Source of the DNA: an uncultured Dehalococcoidia bacterium
GTDB taxonomy: Bacteria > Chloroflexota > Dehalococcoidia > Lucifugimonadales > UBA3495
Direction: 5' to 3'
NCBI GenBank assembly: GCA_950072105.1
Contig: CATMOE010000015.1
Location: forward strand, 1-59,205
DNA: 59,205 nucleotides
Shown here: positions 10,901-18,206 of the stretch, in pieces
Layout of the letters: every line of letters begins with the position of its first letter
How positions within the stretch are numbered: position 1 is the stretch's first letter
The notes under the pieces: model-generated
What the model saw: the letters and a program-made list of their open reading frames with translations, nothing else
Told to the model about the DNA's origin: nothing
Databases searched by the model: none
Translations under genes and position numbers: made by a program

Positions 10901-10997
10901 AACTGTCGGCAACCACGTTAGAAACATCCTGAACAAGACCAATACCGCCAATCGCACCGAAGCGGCGACCTTCGCCGCGCACCAAGGTCTGACCTAG
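7964..10997 (+). pseudogene. Large ATP-binding LuxR-family (LAL/STAND, MalT-like) regulator, disrupted
   Basis: AAA_16-type GEPGIGKT, LEDLHDAD, EGNPLFVQE, helical repeats and LuxR HTH (GLSQREVEVLRLISAGKTDREIAEELFIS). Frameshift at about 9395-9400; in-frame TAA at 10455-10457, after which the same frame continues IARHLGGAAALLG. Confidence 0.88.
10610..10659. repeat. Nested REP-like element translated in-frame (PSTG-PALSGAEG-SGQG)
   Basis: cccgtcgacagg...tcagggcaagg resembles the intergenic ccttcgacaggctcaggac (32078) and is interrupted by cctgccctgagcggagccgaaggg. Confidence 0.65.
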
Positions 10998-11144
10998 CCG
11001 CTCCCTCCGTTCTCCCTTCTCTCCTTTGCCAACCTAATACGACGCTGAACTTCTCGGTTGCCACACTCCGGAATTTAGTAACTCCAAATCTAACTCAGTC
11101 TCTAGGCTCCCATTTATTTAGTGGTTTATGCATCTCCGTTCCCC

Positions 11145-11166
11145 CACTAGGTAGTACTACCTAGTG
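11145..11166. promoter_or_regulatory. Perfect 22-bp palindrome, candidate LuxR-HTH operator
   Basis: CACTAGGTAGT|ACTACCTAGTG with no loop, between the regulator and the repeat-peptide gene. Confidence 0.7.
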
Positions 11167-11416
11167 CAATGCAATTTCGCACCCATGTTCTATTTCAGAA
11201 AATGACGAATCTTCCGGATGTGCGCATGCTGGACCGCCGGTTACTGTGGTTTTGTCGAGAACAACAACGGACTGGTTCCCGGATCATCGGGAATAAACGG
11301 GATGGCCCGGCAGAAAGAAAAAGGAGAAAGAGATGAAAACCACCATCAAACAACTACTGGACCCCAGGCAGCAAACCAAAGGCAACACCACATCAAGTAA
11401 AGGAAAGGAGAGCGAG

Positions 11417-11977
11417 ATGAAAAACCGAATGATCAGCAAGAAGGCGATCCTTGGATTGGCGATAGGAACCGGATTGATTGCAGGATTCAGCGTGTTGTTG
11501 AGCGGCTCCGAGACCCGAGCATTCAACCCCGCGGAGACGGTCAACTCCGTCAATACCGGAATGGTCATCGACGAGAGCCAGGAAGTTGGCGGCTACCTGG
11601 CGTCCAAGCGAACCCTGGTCCAGAGCATGGTTATCGACGAGAGTCAGGAAGTAGGTGGATACCCGGGAGCGACGGTAAGGCTACCCCATGAGTTGGCCTT
11701 TGACGAGAGCCAGGAGAACGGCGGCAGCTTCATGACCACCCTGCGGAACGCGGTCATCGACGAGAGTCAAGAAGTAGGCGGATACCCGGCAGCGACGGTA
11801 AGGCTGCCCCATGAGTTGGCCTTTGACGAGAGCCAAGAGAATGGCGGCAGCTTCATGACCACCCTGCGGAACGCGGTCATCGACGAGAGCCAGGAAGTTG
11901 GCGGCTACCCCGCCTCCAAGCGGACTCCAGTCCAAGGAATGGTTATCGACGAGAGCCAGGAGATTGGAGGCATTTAG
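11417..11977 (+). CDS. Secreted or membrane-anchored protein with seven DESQE(V/N/I)GG repeats
   Basis: AAAGGAG RBS; basic-hydrophobic N-terminus ending SETRA; repeat copies vary mostly at synonymous positions; alternative in-frame start at 11333. Confidence 0.85.
   Translation: MKNRMISKKAILGLAIGTGLIAGFSVLLSGSETRAFNPAETVNSVNTGMVIDESQEVGGYLASKRTLVQSMVIDESQEVGGYPGATVRLPHELAFDESQENGGSFMTTLRNAVIDESQEVGGYPAATVRLPHELAFDESQENGGSFMTTLRNAVIDESQEVGGYPASKRTPVQGMVIDESQEIGGI
11561..11974 (+). repeat. Coding tandem array: seven ~33-nt cassettes, including a 123-nt higher-order duplication
   Basis: gacgagag(c/t)ca(g/a)ga...gg(c/t/a)gg repeated seven times; catgagttggc recurs at 11687 and 11810. Confidence 0.95.
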
Positions 11978-12005
11978 AACGCGACGTCTCATTCTCTTTC
12001 CTTCT

Positions 12006-12038
12006 TTGCCGCGTTCCCCTACAAGGGGAACGCGGCAA
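12006..12038. terminator. 15-bp stem hairpin downstream of the repeat gene
   Basis: ttgccgcgttcccct-aca-aggggaacgcggcaa; no strong U tract. Confidence 0.65.
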
Positions 12039-12349
12039 TGTATTATCCGCCCCGCAGAGGGGCAACGAAGCGGACTTAGAACCTAGAGACGGTCATCGAC
12101 GAGGGCCCCGGAGGTAGACGGGCCCGGAGGTAAGGTTTCATTTCCCGGCACTCAATTGCCGGCCCTAAGGAATCTCCCGGCCACGAGGCTAAGTCTCGTG
12201 GCTTGTTTTCGTTGGCCAAGCCCGAATCCTGATTTTGGAACTGGCCTCCGGACCGAGTGGATGTCACCAAATCAGGTGGCAATTAGCGGGACCAGATCGT
12301 ATTTCGAGTGTTGATCGCTTTACGGCTGTCTCTAGAATCGCCCATCAAC

Positions 12350-12901
12350 TCAGATTTCCCCCAGCAAGGCGATGATTTGATCCACCAATGGCCGGTCATG
12401 GGGCGCTCCGCTGCGGTACTCATATCGGACAAACCCGGCGGCGTCGATGACAAAGTCGCCCCCCAATTGCAGGAAGTCGCTCCTGCGGAAGTGGTACATC
12501 TGTCCGGCGGCTAACAGCTTGGCGTAGGCCCAGATCGTGCCGGGCCCGAATATCCGTCTTAGTTTTCCGGAGCTCAGGCCGAAAGCCCGGTATGCGTCTT
12601 TCTCCGGGTCTGAGAGCACTGGAAAGGGGAGTTGCATCTGCCGTGACATCTGGAATAGCCGGTCTCGGGACTCGAATGAAACCCCGACCACCACCCCGCC
12701 AAGAGTCTGAATCTCGGTATACCGCCGCCGCAACTGCGACAGGTGCTCTCGTCAAGGTAGTCAAGCGAAGTGGCGCAGAAACACCAAGACAACCTTGTTC
12801 CCTCGGAGGTCCTGGAGAGAGACTAGGTCGCCTTCGGTGTCCGGCAGGCTAAACTCAGGAGCGGTCTGATTCAGCAAAGTGGAGGGCGATTGTGGCATCA
12901 T
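12350..12901 (-). CDS. SelL-like AhpC/TSA thioredoxin-fold selenoprotein with UxxU motif
   Basis: Reads MMPQ...APEFSLPDTEGDLVSLQDLRGNKVVLVFLRHFA-TGA-L-P-TGA-REHLSQLRRRY...QLGGDFVID. TGAs at 12763-12761 and 12754-12752 occupy both CxxC positions. Confidence 0.88.
12725..12742 (-). promoter_or_regulatory. Candidate bacterial SECIS hairpin
   Basis: CUGUCGC-AGUU-GCGGCGG stem-loop starting about 10 nt after the second UGA. Confidence 0.5.
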
Positions 12902-13016
12902 GGCAGGTCATTATACCTAGGGATCTAGATTGAAACTATAAAACTGCCTTCATTTGCACGTCCAGGTGCTCCGTTGGCAAATCGAACGCCTGGTACCTAT
13001 AATTATCCCACCTGAT

Positions 13017-13856
13017 ATGGTGATCGATAGCCACTGTCATATCCTTCCGCCGAGCTTTCAAGACCGCCGTTCCCAGTTGTCGCTCCGGGACGCCACTTTT
13101 GCCGGTATCCTCGCCAGCGATGACGCCGTGCTCGCCAGCGCTGAAGCCCTGCTGGCCGACATGGACCGGGATGGGGTGAATCATTCAGTGGTGATGGGCA
13201 TGGGCTGGACGGACTTCCAGTTAGCCCAAGAAGCCAATGACTACATAATTGAGTCGGTGGCTGCACATCCCGGCAGATTAACCGGATTTTGCTCGGTCGA
13301 TCCAAACTGGGGCGGCGAAGCGGTGGCCGAGATGGAGCGTTGCGCCGCCGCCGGCTTGAAAGGCATCGGCGAGCTTCATCCTGATACCCAGGGGTTTGAC
13401 CTATCCGATGGTCCGACGATGGAGCCATTGATGGAAGCGGCAGGCCGATTGGGCCTTCCCGTGTTGGTTCACGCTTCGGAGCCGGTGGGCCACCAGTATC
13501 CGGGGAAAGGACAGACTACTCCGGACAAACTTTACCGCTTCATCGAAAATTTCCCGTCCAACGTCATCATTTGCGCTCACTGGGGTGGCGGTCTTCCCTT
13601 CTACGCTTTGATGCCGGAAGTGCCTCAGGTTTTGGAAAACGTGTACTTCGACACCGCGGCATCTCCTTTTCTTTACCGGCCCGATGTATTTGTCGCCGTG
13701 ACCGGCCTGGTAGGTGCGGACAAGATCCTCTTCGCCACGGATTACCCCCTGATTCGAGCTCGGCGTTTATTAGGGCAGGTCGAAGAGGCTGGTCTGGCTC
13801 AAGCGGATCAAGGATCCATTTTGTCCGGGAACGCCGCCCGATTGTTCGGTCTGTAG
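13017..13856 (+). CDS. Amidohydrolase_2 family metallo-hydrolase
   Basis: IDSHCH, GIGELHP, AHWGGG, YFDTAA, LFATDYP. Confidence 0.92.
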   Translation: MVIDSHCHILPPSFQDRRSQLSLRDATFAGILASDDAVLASAEALLADMDRDGVNHSVVMGMGWTDFQLAQEANDYIIESVAAHPGRLTGFCSVDPNWGGEAVAEMERCAAAGLKGIGELHPDTQGFDLSDGPTMEPLMEAAGRLGLPVLVHASEPVGHQYPGKGQTTPDKLYRFIENFPSNVIICAHWGGGLPFYALMPEVPQVLENVYFDTAASPFLYRPDVFVAVTGLVGADKILFATDYPLIRARRLLGQVEEAGLAQADQGSILSGNAARLFGL

Positions 13857-13867
13857 CCGAGGACTGT

Positions 13868-14407
13868 TTGGAAGATTTAGTAACGCTAGCCGACCACCTG
13901 GAATCGGGATTGGACATCGTATTCGTGGGTTTGAATCCTTCCTTGCCTTCGGTGGCTGTGGGCCACTACTTCGCCAATCCGCGTAACCGGTTCTGGCCGG
14001 CCTTTAACAGATCGGATCTGGTGGCTCGGGAGCTGACTCCTGAGCAGGACGGCAGCCTCCTGGCGGATGGCATCGGGTTTACCGACGTGGTGAAGCGCCC
14101 CACCGCCATGGGGTCCGGACTGAAAGCGGCCGACTTCCACTTTTGGTCGCCGGTATTAAAAGAAAAGTTGCTGAAGTACCAACCACGTATCGCCTGTTTC
14201 CATGGCGTCACCGCGTATAACGCCTACCTTCGCTATACGGAAGATGTACGAGAAAACGCCGAGCTGGGCCTGCAAGAACGCACCGTCGGGGACACTCGAG
14301 TTTTCGTGACGCCTAACCCCAGCCCGGCCAACGCCACGTATTCCCTGGACGACTTGGCTGGATGGTACCGCCATCTCAAGAGCTTGCGGGAAGAATTAGC
14401 CGGCTGA
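13868..14407 (+). CDS. mug: G/U mismatch-specific DNA glycosylase
   Basis: VFVGLNPS, GHYFANPRNRFW, PNPSPANA; TTG start after GAGGA. Confidence 0.9.
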   Translation: MEDLVTLADHLESGLDIVFVGLNPSLPSVAVGHYFANPRNRFWPAFNRSDLVARELTPEQDGSLLADGIGFTDVVKRPTAMGSGLKAADFHFWSPVLKEKLLKYQPRIACFHGVTAYNAYLRYTEDVRENAELGLQERTVGDTRVFVTPNPSPANATYSLDDLAGWYRHLKSLREELAG

Positions 14408-15006
14408 TGGTTCGGGGAGGAGCGATCAGGGTTTTTATCGCCCTGGAGATATCCGATGCGGCTCGTTCGTCGCTATCCGGTGCGATCGACGGTTTGAAGG
14501 CGGCGATACCCCGTGGCGTAAGGTGGGTTGACCCCGGTGGAATCCACCTAACCCTGAAGTTTCTAGGGAACATAGACCCGAGGCGGGCGGACGGGATTCT
14601 AGAATCGATGGTCCGGGTTGGTCAAGAAGTATCTAGCCTCTCCTTGACTCTGGCCGGATTGGGCGTGTTCCCGAACCAGCGCCAACCCAGGGTTTTATGG
14701 GCCGGCGTGGCGGGTGACATGGCCCCCTTGACTGGTGTCCAGTTAGGCGTGGAAGAGGCGATGGCAGAGCAGGGATTCGCCAAGGAGAGACGCAGCTTCA
14801 ACCCGCACCTGACCATCGGGCGGGTCAGAGACGGAGTATCGGCATCGGAGTGGCAGAAAATCGGGACCTCGGTTACCTCATGCTCCTTTGAACCCACCGA
14901 GTCATGGATGGCGGAAACCATGCACCTGTTCCAGACCACATTTACCCCCGATGGATCGATCCACGATATTATAGGGTCCGCTCCCTTGTTGAGACCTCAT
15001 GGATAG
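14407..15006 (+). CDS. thpR: RNA 2',3'-cyclic phosphodiesterase (2H family)
   Basis: RVFIAL, HLTLKFLG, PRVLWAG, PHLTIGR; overlaps the mug stop. Confidence 0.92.
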   Translation: MVRGGAIRVFIALEISDAARSSLSGAIDGLKAAIPRGVRWVDPGGIHLTLKFLGNIDPRRADGILESMVRVGQEVSSLSLTLAGLGVFPNQRQPRVLWAGVAGDMAPLTGVQLGVEEAMAEQGFAKERRSFNPHLTIGRVRDGVSASEWQKIGTSVTSCSFEPTESWMAETMHLFQTTFTPDGSIHDIIGSAPLLRPHG

Positions 15007-15916
15007 GATAGCCAGGACAATCACTCCCGTGGCTCCATTCGACTTCGAATTGACCGCCGGCTACCTTACCTATTTTCAGGGACGCTACGCCACCGATTCT
15101 CTGGCCGATGGAGTCTACCGGCGGTTGCTGGACCTGGATGGCAAGTTGGTGCTGGCATCGGTTTCTTCCGTTGGCAGTCTGGAAGAACCCGAATTGGCTG
15201 TCGATCTACAAGGCGAAAGACTGACTTCATCCGTGGCGGAATCGGCGGCAAACCAAGTTGCCTGGATCTTAGGGATTGGGCAAGATTTGACTCCCTTCTA
15301 CGCTCTGGCCCAAAGCGACCCGGCGATGTCGGCCATAACTCAGCGATTCCATGGGCTGCACATGCCGCATACCGCCTCGGTATTTGAAGCCTTGGTGTTA
15401 GCTATTCTCGGCCAGCAGATCGCTACCAATGTCGCCCGCATCATCCGCACTCTGCTCATAGAAACCCACGGACCACGTCAAACCTTCGATGGCGAGACCT
15501 ACTATGCGTTTCCCAGGCCCGAAACCCTGGCCGCTCTCCGTGTGGAGGACCTGCGGGGCCTGAAGCTCAGCCAACGCAAAGCGGAATATGTCCACGGGAT
15601 CGCTTGCGCGGCGCTGGATGACCCTGAAGGCATGGAAGGGCTGCACCGGATGGACGACGAATCGGTGATACAGCACGTAACCAGCATGCGGGGAGTGGGT
15701 CAATGGACCGCCCAGTGGCTCTTGATCCGGGCCTTGGGCCGCCCCGATGCCCTGCCCCTTGGCGACTTGGCTTTAAGGCGTGTCGTTTCCCGATTGTACT
15801 TTCAAGAAGAGCCCCTGAACGATGCCCAGGTAGAAGAGTTCTGCCGCCGGTGGTCACCCTGGAGGACCTACGCCACCACCTACATGTTCACCGCAATGCG
15901 GACGGGGATGGCGTAG
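14999..15916 (+). CDS. alkA: DNA-3-methyladenine glycosylase II / AlkA family
   Basis: FEALVLAILGQQI, HhH RGVGQWTA, PLGDLALRR, WSPWRTYA. Confidence 0.88.
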   Translation: MDRIARTITPVAPFDFELTAGYLTYFQGRYATDSLADGVYRRLLDLDGKLVLASVSSVGSLEEPELAVDLQGERLTSSVAESAANQVAWILGIGQDLTPFYALAQSDPAMSAITQRFHGLHMPHTASVFEALVLAILGQQIATNVARIIRTLLIETHGPRQTFDGETYYAFPRPETLAALRVEDLRGLKLSQRKAEYVHGIACAALDDPEGMEGLHRMDDESVIQHVTSMRGVGQWTAQWLLIRALGRPDALPLGDLALRRVVSRLYFQEEPLNDAQVEEFCRRWSPWRTYATTYMFTAMRTGMA

Positions 15917-16088
15917 GGGGATGAAATTGGCCGGGAGTAGACTTGGATCCAAACTGGAAAACGGGCAGGAAAAAGCCGGTTAGTAAAAGAAGATTTGATT
16001 GCCCTTGCCCCTTTTAAGCATACAACATCGATCGGTCTGGAAGGATTGAGCGGAACTTTGGCGAAGCTTAGTAACGTATTAGACGAGG

Positions 16089-16394
16089 GTGACCGTGTAT
16101 CGGCGAATCTTGAGACGCATGCAGGCGAGAATCCGTCGGCGTCAATATGTAATGACCCTGCACGCTGATGAGGAAATGGGCGAAGACGGTTTGAGCGTCT
16201 ACGATGTAGAACGTGGTACCCTTTCTGGTGTTATTTTGGAACGTCAACACGACCGTCTAAGCGGTGAAAGTAAATATCGGCTACGCGGGCAGACTGTAGC
16301 AGGCGGCCGTGTTGAGGTAGTCGCTAAGATTGGTCCAACCAACCTACTTGTAATCATAACCGTATATGCGTTGGGCGAAACGGAGACGGAATGA
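16089..16394 (+). CDS. DUF4258-type putative toxin
   Basis: YVMTLHADEEM...KYRLRG...LVIITVY pattern; overlaps the downstream zinc-finger gene. Confidence 0.8.
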   Translation: MTVYRRILRRMQARIRRRQYVMTLHADEEMGEDGLSVYDVERGTLSGVILERQHDRLSGESKYRLRGQTVAGGRVEVVAKIGPTNLLVIITVYALGETETE

Positions 16395-16621
16395 TTTGCG
16401 ATATTTGCGGCCAACAAGGAATCAGGGTCCGTCGGCTTGCCAGAACCTTTGGGCAAGGTAAAAACTTGCTGGTCATAGAAAACGTGCCAGTTCTGAGCTG
16501 CTTCCACTGCGGTGAAAGCTATATGACCGCTGAAACCCTCCACGAAATCGAGCGGATAAAAATGCATCGGGAGAACTTCGCTTCGGAGCGTCACGTAGAC
16601 GTTGCCCGTTTTGCGGCGTGA
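16391..16621 (+). CDS. YgiT/MqsA-type zinc-finger protein (putative antitoxin)
   Basis: MICDICG...VIENVPVLSCFHCGESY. Confidence 0.88.
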   Translation: MICDICGQQGIRVRRLARTFGQGKNLLVIENVPVLSCFHCGESYMTAETLHEIERIKMHRENFASERHVDVARFAA

Positions 16622-16665
16622 TTCGGTTTTAAAGGCTCCGTGCCCAGGTAGACAACAAGATAGGA

Positions 16666-18000
16666 TTACCTAAACAAACTCATCAGGTTCTTGGGGTTTC
16701 GGGAGCGGGATAGTTGGCGCATCATTTTTTGGGTTTGGCGGAATTGGTTCAGTAGCTGGTTGATGTCTTGGGGCGTGGTACCGCTGCCCCGGGAGATGCG
16801 GCGGCGGCGGCTGCCGTTGATGATCTCCGGTTTCTGCCGCTCCTCGCGGGTCATCGAGCGGATGATGGCCTCCACTCGCTCGATCTGGCCGTCGTCCAAG
16901 GCCCCGGCCTTTAGCTTGGAACTCATCTGGCCCATGCCGGGGATCATTTCCATGATCTGGCTTAGCGAGCCCATCTTTTTGACTGCCTGGATCTGGGTCA
17001 AGAAATCTTCCAAGTCGAAACTGGCCTCGCGGAACTTGCGCTCCATCTCCTTGGCCTGATTCTCGTCAACCGACTCTTGTGCTTTTTCTATCAGGGTCAG
17101 CACGTCTCCCATGTCCAGGATCCGGGAGGCCATGCGGTCGGGATAGAAAAGTTCCAGCGCGTCGGGCCGTTCCCCCACACCCATGTACTTGATGGGAACA
17201 CCGGTTACCCGCGTCACCGACAGAGCCGCGCCACCTCTGGCATCGCCGTCCATCTTGGTCATTATCAGCCCGGTCAGCGAGACCTTTTCATGGAATCCCT
17301 CGGCGGCGTTGACGGCATCTTGGCCGGTCATCGCGTCGACGACCAGCAGGATTTCCTGAGGGGATATGGCGGCCTTAACCTCTTCCAGTTCCTTCATCAA
17401 TTCGTTGTCGATCTGGAGGCGGCCCCCGGTGTCCACGATGGCCCAGTGGACCCCCAATTCTTCGGCGCGCTTCATACCGTTCTTGGCAACTTGCACCACG
17501 GAGGAAGATGCCGGGTCTTCCGAGTAGACCGGAATGTCCAACTGCTTGCCCAAGGTTTCCAATTGTTGGATGGCGGCTGGGCGGCGCAGGTCGGCGGCGA
17601 TCAGCAAGGCTTTCCGGTCTTGGCGGCGTAGGGACAGGGCCAGCTTGGCCGCGGTAGTGGTTTTACCTGACCCTTGCAGTCCCACCAACATAATGGCGTT
17701 GGTGGGTTGGCTGGAAGGCACGAGCCGGTGTTCGCCTCCGGTCAACAGTGAAGTGAGCTCTTCGTGGACGATCTTGACGACTTGTTGCCCAGGAGTGAGG
17801 CTCTCCAGAACGTCCGAGCCTAGAGCCCGTGCTTTGACAGCGGCCACGAAATCCCTGGCCACCCGGAAGTTAACGTCCGCCTCCAGCAAAGAACGGCGTA
17901 CCATGCCAAGAGCTTCGTCGATATCTTTGTCGGTCAGCCGACCCTTGCTGGTCAGCTTGTTCAGGATTCCGGTTAGTTTCTCAGTTAGGTTCTCAAGCAC
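16666..18000 (-). CDS. ffh: Signal recognition particle protein
   Basis: LLEADV, GLQGSGKTTT, DAMTGQDA, TKMDGDARGGAALS, M domain SRRRRISRGSG. Confidence 0.98.
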   Translation of the reverse strand: MLENLTEKLTGILNKLTSKGRLTDKDIDEALGMVRRSLLEADVNFRVARDFVAAVKARALGSDVLESLTPGQQVVKIVHEELTSLLTGGEHRLVPSSQPTNAIMLVGLQGSGKTTTAAKLALSLRRQDRKALLIAADLRRPAAIQQLETLGKQLDIPVYSEDPASSSVVQVAKNGMKRAEELGVHWAIVDTGGRLQIDNELMKELEEVKAAISPQEILLVVDAMTGQDAVNAAEGFHEKVSLTGLIMTKMDGDARGGAALSVTRVTGVPIKYMGVGERPDALELFYPDRMASRILDMGDVLTLIEKAQESVDENQAKEMERKFREASFDLEDFLTQIQAVKKMGSLSQIMEMIPGMGQMSSKLKAGALDDGQIERVEAIIRSMTREERQKPEIINGSRRRRISRGSGTTPQDINQLLNQFRQTQKMMRQLSRSRNPKNLMSLFR

Positions 18001-18043
18001 GTTTCAGCGTCCTAGCCATGGTTTTTTGTATCTCTTAGATTCG

Positions 18044-18073
18044 ATTGTAGGCTTGCCGTTGCGCGAGGGTCAA
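18044..18073 (-). promoter_or_regulatory. Sigma70-like promoter for ffh
   Basis: TTGACC-18 nt-TACAAT on the minus strand. Confidence 0.6.
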
Positions 18074-18125
18074 GGTGGAGGCATGCCTGTGATAGAATAT
18101 TCCCGGTCATAGAGGGGTGAGGCGA

Positions 18126-18206
18126 ATGGTAGATAACGTCGAAGTTACACGTTCGATCGGTGCGGCTGACCACTCCGGATACACCCCGTTTCGGACCCTC
18201 CCATGA
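18126..18206 (+). CDS. Possible 26-aa small ORF coupled to sbcC
   Basis: GAGGGGTGAGG RBS; MVDNVEVTRSIGAADHSGYTPFRTLP*; its TGA overlaps the sbcC ATG (ATGA). Confidence 0.35.
   Translation: MVDNVEVTRSIGAADHSGYTPFRTLP

Noticed and set aside
11561..11974. CRISPR-like look: ~33-nt repeats with 24-33-nt spacers
   Set aside because: Repeats vary at codon wobble positions, all periods are multiples of 3 within one ORF, spacers are themselves duplicated, and there are no cas genes.
12752..12763. Reading the two TGAs as pseudogene stops
   Set aside because: Both fall exactly on the CxxC positions, the rest of the gene is intact, and a downstream hairpin is present; Sec is more parsimonious.
18001..18200. 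SRP RNA next to ffh
   Set aside because: No conserved SRP domain IV GGAA tetraloop/AGCAG motif found.
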